A stretch of DNA of 64,000 nucleotides from an uncultured Acidobacteriota bacterium (GTDB lineage: Bacteria; Acidobacteriota; Thermoanaerobaculia; Gp7-AA8): assembly GCA_963741955.1 (NCBI GenBank), contig CAVUKB010000007.1, positions 128,001 through 192,000 on the forward strand, in the 5' to 3' direction. This document shows, piece by piece, positions 11,311 to 20,408 of the stretch. How positions within the stretch are numbered: position 1 is the stretch's first letter; every line of letters starts with the position of its first letter. The notes beneath the pieces were generated by a model, which was given only the letters and a program-made list of their open reading frames with translations, was not told the origin of the DNA and made no database searches. A program made the translations under genes and the position numbers.

Positions 11311-12636
11311 ATGCGAACGATCCGGCTCATTCTGATTCCTCTCATCTTTCTGGCCGCGTGCGTTCAGCCCGCACCACCACCGGAGGTCGAGCCCGTGACC
11401 GTCGACATCTTCGACCGGATGAACAACGTCGCCGAATCGTACGTGAAGCTGGTCCTCGCAGTCGGTCAGCACGATCCCGACTACGTCGACGCCTATTACG
11501 GACCTCCCGCGTGGCGCGACGAAGCGAAAGCAGAGAAGAAATCACTCGACGCCATCGCCGACCGTGCGCGTCTCGTCCGCGCCTGGCTGCAGGACATCAC
11601 GCCACCACCATCTGCGTCACTCCTCGGGCTTCGTTACGCCTATCTGCAGCATCAGCTCGACGCTTTGATAGCTCGGGTGGAGATGCTGCAGGGGAAGAAG
11701 TTCTCCTTCGACCAGGAGACGAAGGCGCTGTACGACGCGACTATCCCGCACTACGACGTGGAGCATTACGACGCGCTCCTTCGCGAGCTCGATTCCGCGG
11801 TGCCCGGTGACGGTCCGCTTCCGCAACGGCTCGAGGCGTACCGTCGCGGCTTCGTCATCCCGAACGACAAGCTCGATGCTGTGTTCCAGGCGGCGATCCA
11901 CGAGTGCAAGGCGAGAACGCTCTCCGCGATGGAACTCCCTCCCGGCGAGAGCTTCTCGGTGGAGTACGTGACCAACCAGCCGTGGAGCGGCTACAACTGG
12001 TATCAGGGGAAGTTCCGCAGCATCATTCAGGTCAACACCGACATGCCGATCTACATCGATCGCGCGATCGACCTCGCCTGCCACGAAGGATATCCCGGAC
12101 ATCACGTCTACAACATGCTCCTCGAGAAGACGCTGGTCGACGGGCAGGGATGGGTCGAATATACGGTCTACCCGCTCTTCAGTCCGCAGTCGCTGATCGC
12201 CGAAGGGAGTGCGAACTTCGGAATCGAGATGGCGTTTCCCGGGAACGAGAGGACGAAGTTCGAGAGCGAGACGCTCTTTCCGCTCGCGGGGCTCGATCCG
12301 TCGACGGCCGCGCAGTACGACCGGGTTCAGGCCCTGGTCGAGAAGCTCGGTTATGCGCAGAACGAAGCGGCGCGAGGGTTCCTCGACGGGACGATGACCA
12401 ATGACGAGGCGCTGCAGTGGCTCGAGAAGTATGCGCTGATGTCACCCGAGCGCGCCGAACAACGCCTCCGGTTCATCCAGCGCTACCGCAGTTACGTGAT
12501 CAACTACAACTACGGAAAAGATCTCGTGCGCTACTACGTCGAATCGAATGGCGGGACGGAAGACAACCCGAGCACTCGGTGGAAGATCTTCGAGACGCTC
12601 CTCTCGACTCCCCGCGTTGCGTCCGGTCTGCATTAG
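11311..12636 (+). CDS. DUF885-like zinc metallopeptidase lipoprotein
   Basis: HEGYPGHH and AEG motifs; SD aggagg before ATG 11311; lipobox LAAC. Confidence 0.75.
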   Translation: MRTIRLILIPLIFLAACVQPAPPPEVEPVTVDIFDRMNNVAESYVKLVLAVGQHDPDYVDAYYGPPAWRDEAKAEKKSLDAIADRARLVRAWLQDITPPPSASLLGLRYAYLQHQLDALIARVEMLQGKKFSFDQETKALYDATIPHYDVEHYDALLRELDSAVPGDGPLPQRLEAYRRGFVIPNDKLDAVFQAAIHECKARTLSAMELPPGESFSVEYVTNQPWSGYNWYQGKFRSIIQVNTDMPIYIDRAIDLACHEGYPGHHVYNMLLEKTLVDGQGWVEYTVYPLFSPQSLIAEGSANFGIEMAFPGNERTKFESETLFPLAGLDPSTAAQYDRVQALVEKLGYAQNEAARGFLDGTMTNDEALQWLEKYALMSPERAEQRLRFIQRYRSYVINYNYGKDLVRYYVESNGGTEDNPSTRWKIFETLLSTPRVASGLH

Positions 12637-12711
12637 GCCGGGGTTGTCACACCATCCCTGCTGCAGGGCGCTTCGCTTCTGCGGAAGGGGCGCCGCGGCT
12701 TCTGCCGCGGC

Positions 12712-12733
12712 CGGCACGGCGGAAGCCGTGCCG
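12712..12733. repeat. REP-like palindrome between convergent genes
   Basis: cggcacggc-ggaa-gccgtgccg forms a perfect 9-bp stem; a second hairpin gccgcggc..gccgcggc lies immediately upstream. Confidence 0.5.
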
Positions 12734-12787
12734 CTCAACCTGCGATGGCAGAATCACTCCTGCTGCGAAAGCGAATCGCGGTCGTCT

Positions 12788-13603
12788 CTACCCTTTCGTC
12801 GCGCCGGCGGTGAGCCCCGTGACGATCCGTCGCTGGAACAGAAGCACCAGTGCGGCGACCGGGATGGTCGCGATGACCGCCGCCGCAAGGATCTCGCCCC
12901 ATGGCACCTGATACTGCCCGCGGAAGAGCGCGATCGCGACCGGAACGGTCTGACGTTCCGGCCCGAGGGTGAACGAGAGCGCGAAGAGAAACTCGTTCCA
13001 GCAGTAGATGAAGGTGAGGATCGCCGTCGTGGCGATTCCCGGCGCCGCCAGCGGGAGCACGACGCGCGAGAAGACCTGCCAACGGCTTGCGCCGTCGATC
13101 CGCGCCGCTTCTTCGAGATCCACCGGGATCTGGTGGAAGTAGCTCGTCAGGAGCCAGACCGCCAGAGGAAGTGCGAACGTCAGGTACGGCGCGATCAGTC
13201 CGGGGTACGTGTCGATCAGATGAAGAGCGCGCAGGATCATGAAGAGGGGGCTCACGATCGAGATCTGCGGAAACATCGAGACGCCGAGGATGAACGCGAG
13301 GATGGCTCCGCGTCCGCGGAAACGGAGGCGCGCGAGGCCGTACGCTGCGAGCGACCCGAGGACCACCGCGAGGAAAGACGTTGCACCCGCAACGACGAGA
13401 GAGTTTCGGATCGGAAGCCAGAAGCTTCGTTTCGTGAAGAGTGCGGAGTAATGAGAGAGCGTCCACGCCTCTCCCCAGGCTCCCCCTCCGAAGAGCGCGG
13501 TCTCCGGGCGGAACGACGCGACGAGCGCCCATACCAGAGGTGCCGCCGCGAAAAGCGACAGTGCTCCGATCGCGATCCCCGATCCGAACCGGCCTCTCTT
13601 CAT
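12788..13603 (-). CDS. Carbohydrate ABC transporter permease (MalG-type)
   Basis: EEAARIDGAS (EAA motif), WNEFLFAL; start MKRGRF overlaps the upstream stop (ATGA). Confidence 0.92.
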   Translation of the reverse strand: MKRGRFGSGIAIGALSLFAAAPLVWALVASFRPETALFGGGAWGEAWTLSHYSALFTKRSFWLPIRNSLVVAGATSFLAVVLGSLAAYGLARLRFRGRGAILAFILGVSMFPQISIVSPLFMILRALHLIDTYPGLIAPYLTFALPLAVWLLTSYFHQIPVDLEEAARIDGASRWQVFSRVVLPLAAPGIATTAILTFIYCWNEFLFALSFTLGPERQTVPVAIALFRGQYQVPWGEILAAAVIATIPVAALVLLFQRRIVTGLTAGATKG

Positions 13604-14484
13604 CGCTCCTCCGCCATCGGCGATCCGATCGCGCGGATATAGAGCATCGCGAGAGCGAACGTCACCAGGAATACCACCACCGAGAGCGCGGAGCCGTAGC
13701 CGAAGCGGAGCGTCTCGAAGAGCGTGTTGAACGTATAGAGCGCGATCGGTTCGGTCGCCGTCCCCGGGCCGCCCCCGGTCAGCACGTACACGAGGTCGAA
13801 CAGTCGGAACGCGTCGAGAGTCCGGAAGATCGCAGTGACCAGAATCGCCGGACGGAGGATCGGAATGGTGATCCGGAAGAGACGTGACGCCGCGCCGGCC
13901 CCGTCCACTGCGGCCGCCTCCCACACTTCGGCCGGGATTCCCTGCAGTCCCGCCAGGAGGAGCAGCGCGACGAACGGGGTCGTCTTCCAGACGTCCGCGA
14001 GAATGAGGGGAACCCACGCGGCAATCGGATGGCTGAACCAGACCGGAGCCTTCGCGACGAGGCCGGTGTCGAGCACGAGACGATCGACGATCCCTCCCGA
14101 CTGGAACATGAAACGCCAGAGGAGTCCGGCGACGACGGTCGGGATCGCCCAAGGCACCAGCGTCGCTGCGCGGATCACCCCCCTTCCGCGGAAAACGCGG
14201 TTGAGGGAGATCGCGAGGGCGAGACCGAGCACGAGCTCCAGAGCCACGGAGATGACGGTGAAGACGAGCGTGTGCATGAGCGCGGCGACGAAGCGTGGAT
14301 CGGACAGAATCTCGACGTAGTTCGCGAGCCCGACGAACGGCCGCCCGAGCCACGGCATCCGGAGATCGTGGTGATGGAACGACTCCCACACCGTCCAGGC
14401 GAGCGGGAAGAGTGCGACCAGCGCGATCACTCCCACTGCCGGAGAGACGAACATCCAGGCCGCACGACGGTCTCGGGATCGCAT
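13600..14484 (-). CDS. Carbohydrate ABC transporter permease (MalF-type)
   Basis: FVGLANY, DVWKTTPF, EAAAVDGAG, LTGGGPG; start MRSRDR. Confidence 0.92.
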   Translation of the reverse strand: MRSRDRRAAWMFVSPAVGVIALVALFPLAWTVWESFHHHDLRMPWLGRPFVGLANYVEILSDPRFVAALMHTLVFTVISVALELVLGLALAISLNRVFRGRGVIRAATLVPWAIPTVVAGLLWRFMFQSGGIVDRLVLDTGLVAKAPVWFSHPIAAWVPLILADVWKTTPFVALLLLAGLQGIPAEVWEAAAVDGAGAASRLFRITIPILRPAILVTAIFRTLDAFRLFDLVYVLTGGGPGTATEPIALYTFNTLFETLRFGYGSALSVVVFLVTFALAMLYIRAIGSPMAEER

Positions 14485-15776
14485 CAGCGGACCTCGCTCA
14501 CTGCGCTGGAGACATGACCCCCCGGTGGGTCCGCACTCGCCAGACCGGACCGCCGGATGATCTGTCGCATCTTCGCGGCCGCAGCCCGCAGTGCGTCGCC
14601 GGGTCTCGATTGTCCCGAGAGAGCGCGGTGAAGATGGATCTGGAGAACGTCGGAGAGCTGCGAGTAGATCGGAGTGACCGGACGGGGGACCGCCGCATCG
14701 ACCACCGGAAGGAGCATCTCCGGAGAGGGGCCGAGCGCCTCGCGGAGTCGCGGGTCGGAGAAGAGCGAGCGTCTCGCGGGAATCTGGCCGACCACCGATG
14801 CACGCTCGAGCATCTGCTCGGGAGCGGTGAGATACGAGACCAGAGTCCAGGCAGCATCGGGATGAGGCGACGCGCTGTTGATCGCGAGCTCCGACCCTCC
14901 GAGTGCGGAGGTCGCGTGTCCGCCGGGAGCGGCGGGAAGAGGCATGACCGCGAAGCGGCCGGCGACGCTCGACTTTTCCCGGTCGGAGAGGAGGCTCCAC
15001 GCGTACGGCCAGTTACGCATCATCGCGCAACGGCCGTTCTGAAACGCGAAACGTGCCTCTTCCTCGTGCCAGGTGAGAACCTCTTCCGGTGCGATGTGCC
15101 AGCGCGTGATCTCGTCGCGCATGAACTCGAGCGCGCGGATCCCGGCGGGGGAATCGACGGTCACGTTCCCGTCGTCGTCGAGAATCGTGCCGCCGAACGC
15201 GCCGAGATATTCGACGAAGACCGTCACCAGACCTTCGTACCGGGCGCCCTCCCATCCGATACCGCAGGGAACCGACGCGGACTGCGCCCCGCGCGCCGCA
15301 GCGGCGAGTGCGTCGAGCGATTCGGGGACCGAGGGGATGAGATCGGTGCGCCGGTAGATCATCCCCACGTCGACGAACCAGGGAACGGCGTACAGCGTGC
15401 CGCGCCAGCGGTTCGCGGTCAGCGTAGCGGGGAAGAAGTCGCCGCTCTCCGGACGGAAGCGATCGAGCGGAAGGATCCATCCGGCGGCGGCGAACTCCGG
15501 AGTCCAGACGATGTCGAGCTGCAGGACGTCGGGACGTCCCACGCGCGCGTTGAGCCACTGCACGAAAAGCTGGTGGCGTTGCGTCGCGTCGTCCGGAGTC
15601 GGCTGGATCTCGACGTGAATTCCGCGATGGAGTCGTTCGAATCGCGCGATCTGAGTGCGAAGGAGATCGGCTTCCTTCCCCACTGCGCTGCCGGAGATGG
15701 TGATCTGAGTGCCCGACTCGCTCCGGCCGCACGAGCAGAGAGCGAGCGCGAGAGCGATGATCACGATCCGGCGCAT
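14484..15776 (-). CDS. Sugar ABC transporter substrate-binding lipoprotein (trehalose/maltose-like)
   Basis: Lipobox LCSC; DVLQLDIVWTPEFAAAGW, YEGL, MRNWPYAW. Confidence 0.88.
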   Translation of the reverse strand: MRRIVIIALALALCSCGRSESGTQITISGSAVGKEADLLRTQIARFERLHRGIHVEIQPTPDDATQRHQLFVQWLNARVGRPDVLQLDIVWTPEFAAAGWILPLDRFRPESGDFFPATLTANRWRGTLYAVPWFVDVGMIYRRTDLIPSVPESLDALAAAARGAQSASVPCGIGWEGARYEGLVTVFVEYLGAFGGTILDDDGNVTVDSPAGIRALEFMRDEITRWHIAPEEVLTWHEEEARFAFQNGRCAMMRNWPYAWSLLSDREKSSVAGRFAVMPLPAAPGGHATSALGGSELAINSASPHPDAAWTLVSYLTAPEQMLERASVVGQIPARRSLFSDPRLREALGPSPEMLLPVVDAAVPRPVTPIYSQLSDVLQIHLHRALSGQSRPGDALRAAAAKMRQIIRRSGLASADPPGGHVSSAVSEVR

Positions 15777-15913
15777 GCAGGAAGGATACAAGGTTGTGGA
15801 TTGCCGGTCGCGGTGAGTCCGGCGACGCGACTCGTCCTGCCCTTCTCCTCCGCAGCAGCGCAGCCGTCTCCGATTCGTCGTTCGCCGGGAAAATCGGGTA
15901 ACGTAACGCACCC

Positions 15914-16447
15914 ATGAGCTACTGCGACGCCGCCAAAGGACACCCCTGGCATGCCCCCTACCATGATGAAGAGTACGGCTTTCCGACCCGGGACGAGATC
16001 GCGCTCTTCGAGCGCCTGGTGCTCGAGATCAATCAGGCCGGGCTCTCGTGGCTCACCATCCTCAAGAAACGTGAAGGGTTCCGGAAGGCATACGCCGGCT
16101 TCCAGCCGAAACGCGTCGCACGTTTCGGGGCTCGCGACCGGAAACGCCTCCTTTCCGATCCGTCGATCATCCGCAACCGGCTGAAAGTCGACGCCGCGAT
16201 CGAGAATGCCCGCCGGGTGGTGGCGATTCAGGACCAGTACGGCTCGTTCGCGCAGTGGCTCGATCAGCACCATCCGCTCGGGAAAGACGAGTGGGTGAAG
16301 CTCTTCCGGAAGACGTTCCGGTTCACCGGAGGCGAGATCACGGGTGAGTTCCTGATCAGCACCGGCTATCTCCCCGGTGCACACGACGAGACGTGCCCCG
16401 TGTTCCGGAAGATCTCCCGGCAGAAGCCTCCCTGGATGCGGAGATAG
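15914..16447 (+). CDS. tag: DNA-3-methyladenine glycosylase I
   Basis: YHDEEYG, LFERLVLEINQAGLSWLTILKKRE, IIRNRLKV, HDETC. Confidence 0.93.
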   Translation: MSYCDAAKGHPWHAPYHDEEYGFPTRDEIALFERLVLEINQAGLSWLTILKKREGFRKAYAGFQPKRVARFGARDRKRLLSDPSIIRNRLKVDAAIENARRVVAIQDQYGSFAQWLDQHHPLGKDEWVKLFRKTFRFTGGEITGEFLISTGYLPGAHDETCPVFRKISRQKPPWMRR

Positions 16448-16489
16448 CGGCGAAGCAGCGAGAGAAATCCCGGTCGCAACCCGCAACGC

Positions 16490-16523
16490 AAAAAGAAAGG
16501 CCCGCCGCGTCGCGCGGCGGGCC
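16490..16523 (-). terminator. Intrinsic terminator of the M4 peptidase gene
   Basis: 11-bp stem ggcccgccgcg / cgcggcgggcc with an adjacent A-run (U-tract on the minus strand). Confidence 0.75.
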
Positions 16524-16546
16524 CTGAGTGAAGAGAGCAGAGCCTC

Positions 16547-18697
16547 TTACGGATGGCTGATGCAGAGCGAGTACGACCCGCTTCCGCTGTACGAGTAGAC
16601 CTTCCACATGTAATAGCCGGAGGTGCCACTGTAGGTGATGCTCTCGTTGGCGGTCGAGCTCTCCGAGCGGGCCACGGTCGACCAGCTCGATCCGTTCCAC
16701 TTGAGAAGATAGAGATCGAAGTCCGCGCCCGAGGAGGGCCCGGTCAGCGTCCCCTTGTGGGTTCCGGAGGTTGAACTGTGGTAGTACGTGCCGTTCGGCT
16801 GGTACTGAGTCGAACCGGTCCCGGAGAGGGATCCGTTGTAATTGGTGCACGTGCCGCCGCCACCACCGCCACCGGACGACGCATAGGTCGCCTGGAGGGA
16901 GACGCCGGAGTATGACGCGTAGGCGTTGAGTCCGATGTACCAGTCACCCGCGGAGGGGTTGCTGACGTTCACCGTCTCGTTGTTCCCGTTCAGGTAGGGG
17001 CGATAATCGTAGCTGCTGCTCGAAGGCTGCGAGCCGAATTTGACGTACAGATCGCAGTCGCCGCTTCCGCCCGAGATCTTGACCACCAGGCTGCTCTGTC
17101 CCGAGGGGACGGTGATCTTGTAGTAGGCCCACGATCCGGTCGAGCCGGAAAGGTTCGATACGGTCTGCCCGTTCGAGAGCGTGGTCACGCCACCGCCACC
17201 GCCGCCGCCGGTGCCGCCGGGAACGCCGACTGCGTCCCAGGCCTTCTGGACGGCCGCTGCTTCGGTTGCTCCGTAGAGATCGGTCGCGGCCTGCGCCGTC
17301 GCGTTACGCGCGCCCTGGAAGTTCGTGGACGACGTCATGTACGTGGTCAGTGCGCGGTAGAAGATCTGTTCGGCCTTGGCGATGCCGATCGCGGGAACGA
17401 CCACGCTGGTCTTGTTGCGCGGGTGCGTTCCACCCTGGGAAAGGAGGTAGTACGCGAGATTCGCGATACCGGAGTTCGAGTGAACGCCACCGTTGTCGCT
17501 GCTTCCCGTGTAGCGCTCGGGATAGTAGTCGTACGAGCTGCCGTCCTGGGTCGGGTTGTTCATGTAGCGGAGTGCGTCGCCCGATGTTCCGGGGGTGTAG
17601 ACCGCTTCGCCGATCTTCCAGGTATTGGAGCTCACTCCGCCGGCGTTCCACGCTTCGGTCGAAGCGCCCATGATGTCGGACCACGCTTCGTTGAGTGCGC
17701 CCGATTCATTCGAGTAGGTGAGGTTGGCTTCGTTCTCGGTGACCGCGTGCGTCAGCTCGTGAGCGACGACGTCGAGTCCTTCCGACAGCGGGATGAACGT
17801 CGTTCCGTCCCCGTCGCCGTACACCATCTGCGAACCGTTCCAGTAGGCGTTGTTGTACCGGCTGCTGTAGTGCGCGCTGGAAGTCATCGTCGCGCCCGAG
17901 CCGTTGTATGAATCGCGATTGAAGTTGCTCTTGTAGAAGTTGTAGGTCACTCCCGCATTGGTGTGCGCGCTGTCGATTGCCGCATCGCCGGTCAGCGAGC
18001 CACCCTCGGTGATGCGCAGGGTGCCGGGGAGGGACGTCCCGTTGTTGCACGAGTACGTCCGGCGGTTCAGGGCGCGGTAGATCTTCGGCTGACGGTAGAC
18101 GAGGTCACCCGTCGTCGCATCTGCGAAGACGCGATCGATCTGTTCGCCGTCGTCGTCGGTGTAGCTGACGGTGGCGGACCACGCGAGGAACAGCGTCCCC
18201 TTTTCGTTGACCACATAGGTCAGCTGGGGAGAGTCGAGAATCACCCAGAACGGGACATTCATGTCGTGCGCGACGCGCGCAAGAGCGTCATCGGCCCTGA
18301 CCGACGCGTGGCGCGGAACGTCGCGGTCGGCAACGAAACGTCCGTTGACCGCGTGAACTTTTCCACTGGTCGCGTCGGCGTGTACGATCATCTCGGCGCC
18401 GACCACCGGAAGCCCGCGGAGCTTTTCCTGGAGCTTGATGTGGATCTGACCGAGTGCGTCGGTCTTGACCGACTTCACACTGTGGTCTTCGGATCCGGCC
18501 GCGTTGAAGTAGCTGCCGTGACCCTTGAGGAACCTGGCCGCAGCCATTCCGGGATCGCCGCCGCCGAGGTCACCGAGGTTTCCGGTGAGAAAGAAGCGTC
18601 CGCTGTGAGAGTCGGACTTTTCGTTGGGCCCCGTGCCGGCGATTGCCAGAGAGGCGGCAAGAAGAAAGACGAGGACTAACAGGTACACACGTTTCAT
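16547..18697 (-). CDS. Secreted M4 (thermolysin-like) metalloprotease with propeptide and C-terminal PPC domains
   Basis: NNAYWNG, HELTH, GALNEAWSD, GGVHSNSG; Gly-rich linkers; GDCDLYVKFG and DFDLYL PPC-type motifs; signal peptide. Confidence 0.95.
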   Translation of the reverse strand: MKRVYLLVLVFLLAASLAIAGTGPNEKSDSHSGRFFLTGNLGDLGGGDPGMAAARFLKGHGSYFNAAGSEDHSVKSVKTDALGQIHIKLQEKLRGLPVVGAEMIVHADATSGKVHAVNGRFVADRDVPRHASVRADDALARVAHDMNVPFWVILDSPQLTYVVNEKGTLFLAWSATVSYTDDDGEQIDRVFADATTGDLVYRQPKIYRALNRRTYSCNNGTSLPGTLRITEGGSLTGDAAIDSAHTNAGVTYNFYKSNFNRDSYNGSGATMTSSAHYSSRYNNAYWNGSQMVYGDGDGTTFIPLSEGLDVVAHELTHAVTENEANLTYSNESGALNEAWSDIMGASTEAWNAGGVSSNTWKIGEAVYTPGTSGDALRYMNNPTQDGSSYDYYPERYTGSSDNGGVHSNSGIANLAYYLLSQGGTHPRNKTSVVVPAIGIAKAEQIFYRALTTYMTSSTNFQGARNATAQAATDLYGATEAAAVQKAWDAVGVPGGTGGGGGGGVTTLSNGQTVSNLSGSTGSWAYYKITVPSGQSSLVVKISGGSGDCDLYVKFGSQPSSSSYDYRPYLNGNNETVNVSNPSAGDWYIGLNAYASYSGVSLQATYASSGGGGGGGTCTNYNGSLSGTGSTQYQPNGTYYHSSTSGTHKGTLTGPSSGADFDLYLLKWNGSSWSTVARSESSTANESITYSGTSGYYMWKVYSYSGSGSYSLCISHP

Positions 18698-18747
18698 CAG
18701 GACTCCTTTTCGTTACAAAAAAGTTCTCAAGGCCGGGCCGCCTAGAG

Positions 18748-18762
18748 GCAAGGTGCTTGCCA
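18748..18762 (-). promoter_or_regulatory. sigma54 -24/-12 promoter of the M4 protease, with an upstream IHF-like site
   Basis: Minus strand TGGCAAGCACCTTGC (GG-N10-GC); TTTCAATAACTTA at about 18780-18792 resembles WATCAANNNNTTR in AT-rich DNA. Confidence 0.65.
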
Positions 18763-18994
18763 TTTTGTAATAATTCACGTAAGTTATTGAAAACATGGAG
18801 CATTCGTCTATATCGAAAGTTGATGTGGGTCAAAAAGAACCCGAAAACTCCGAAAATGGACTCCGGAATGGGTCAGCACGTGAACCGGTGGTGCAGGGTG
18901 CGACCCGAACGGCTCGAGCGAAGCGAGCGCGGCGGGTACCCGTTTCGCAAAGCGATCGAAGTTTTCTCCGGGATTCCCGAATTTGGAGCCGCCG

Positions 18995-19414
18995 ATGATC
19001 GAGATCAATGAGGAGCTGACGATTCCGGAGAGCGAGATCCGGCTGACGGCGACCCGCAGCAGCGGACCCGGCGGGCAGAACGTCAACAAGGTCAGCTCGC
19101 GCATCACGCTCGAGTTCGACGTCGCGCACTCTCCCTCGCTCTCGGATGAGCAGCGTGAGAAGATTCTCGCGCGTCTGAAGAACCGGATCAGCAATGATGG
19201 CGTGCTCCAGATCTCCGCTCAGGCGTTCCGGACCCAGCTCGCGAACCGGGAGGCGGCAATGCTTCGCTTCGGCGAGCTCCTGCGCGACGCGTTGAAAGAA
19301 CGGAAGCGGCGAAAGAAGACCCGCAAGCCGAAGGCGGCGGTCGAGCAGCGGCTCGAAGCGAAGAAGCGCCGCGGCGGGATCAAGAAGGAACGGAGCAGCG
19401 GCTGGAAGGCCTGA
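18995..19414 (+). CDS. arfB: Alternative ribosome rescue peptidyl-tRNA hydrolase ArfB (YaeJ)
   Basis: RSSGPGGQNVNKV (GGQ), RTQLANRE, basic C-terminal tail. Confidence 0.95.
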   Translation: MIEINEELTIPESEIRLTATRSSGPGGQNVNKVSSRITLEFDVAHSPSLSDEQREKILARLKNRISNDGVLQISAQAFRTQLANREAAMLRFGELLRDALKERKRRKKTRKPKAAVEQRLEAKKRRGGIKKERSSGWKA

Positions 19415-19415
19415 C

Positions 19416-20183
19416 ATGGGAAGTCTCGACGAGTTCTCCTGGAAGATGTCGTTGTTTCTCCGCACCTACCGCTGGAGAGTGGTCGATCCGGTTCCCTGGA
19501 TCGCGTTGCGTCTCCCTCTCTCTCGGGCCCGTGTCGCGATCGTGTCGAGCGCCGGCTTCGTCCTCCCGGGGCAGAAGCCTTTCGACGATTCGGTGAAAGG
19601 AGGTGACTGGAGCTTCCGCGAGATTCCGGCCGCAACGGATCCTCACCTCCTGATGGAGACGCACCGGAGCCGTTCGTTCGACCACAGCGGAATTCGGGAA
19701 GAGCCCGATCTCGCGTTTCCGCTCGAGACGCTGCACGAGCTCGCGCAGGAAGGGTCGATCGGAGCAGTCGCTCCGCGGCACGTCAGCATGATGGGATCGA
19801 TCACCGCTCCGGGACGGATGCTTCGGGAGACCGCCCCCCGGGTGACGGAGCTTCTTCACACCGACTCGGTGGATGCCGTCCTCCTGGTTCCGGTCTGACC
19901 GATGTGCACCCAGACGGTCGGTCTGATCGCCGCGGAGATCGAGCGCTCCGGAATTCCCACCGTCGCCATCCAGCTGCTGATGGAGATCGCAGAGAAGGTA
20001 CGGCCGCCTCGTGGTCTCTGGGTTCCGTTCCGCCACGGATACCCGCTCGGCGATCCACCTTCCCGGCAGCTGCGCCGCAGCGTCGTCGAGCGTGCCCTCT
20101 CCATGCTCGACGACGAAGGTCCGGGACCGCTGCTGGAGCGATTCGAGCTTGTCGAGACGCCGGAGCAGCCGGCAGGATTGTGA
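19416..20183 (+). CDS. Selenocysteine-containing GrdB/PrdB-like (glycine/betaine/sarcosine/D-proline reductase selenoprotein B family) protein, 255 aa, Sec at codon 161
   Basis: ORFs 19416-19898 and 19902-20183 are in frame; junction gtc TGA ccg atg tgc gives VDAVLLVPV-U-PMCTQTVGLIAAEIERSGIPTV, matching the GrdB/PrdB UxxC active-site context; N-terminal ARVAIVSSAG and DLAFPLETLHEL fit the family. Confidence 0.88.
19911..19925 (+). promoter_or_regulatory. Bacterial SECIS-like hairpin
   Basis: CAGAC-GGTCG-GTCTG stem-loop starting 12 nt after the UGA (19896-19898), with a G-first apical loop, similar in geometry to the E. coli fdhF SECIS. Confidence 0.7.
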
Positions 20184-20408
20184 GAACACCCGAGGCCCGA
20201 CTCCGCATGGTGTGAAACTCCGGGGGGCAGGTCATCAGTTTAACGCGCCGTTCTCTCTCGGCAGGCCCTCGATCCCGGAAACACGCTCCGACGGGTGTTC
20301 GGGATCGGTGACCTCACCGCCACCGACACGGACACGGACACGCGAATGCCGCCCGCTTTCGGTCGTGATTTGGAACCGGACCCCGTTTCTCCGATAGAAT
20401 GTCCCGCG

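Noticed and set aside
19416-20183. Interpretation as a nonsense pseudogene or two separate genes
   Set aside because: The stop is TGA exactly at the family's Sec position, the frame continues, and a SECIS-like hairpin follows.
20184-20400. tRNA-Sec or other ncRNA after the selenoprotein
   Set aside because: No UCA anticodon arm or T-loop pattern seen; only a hairpin and a short ACACGG repeat.
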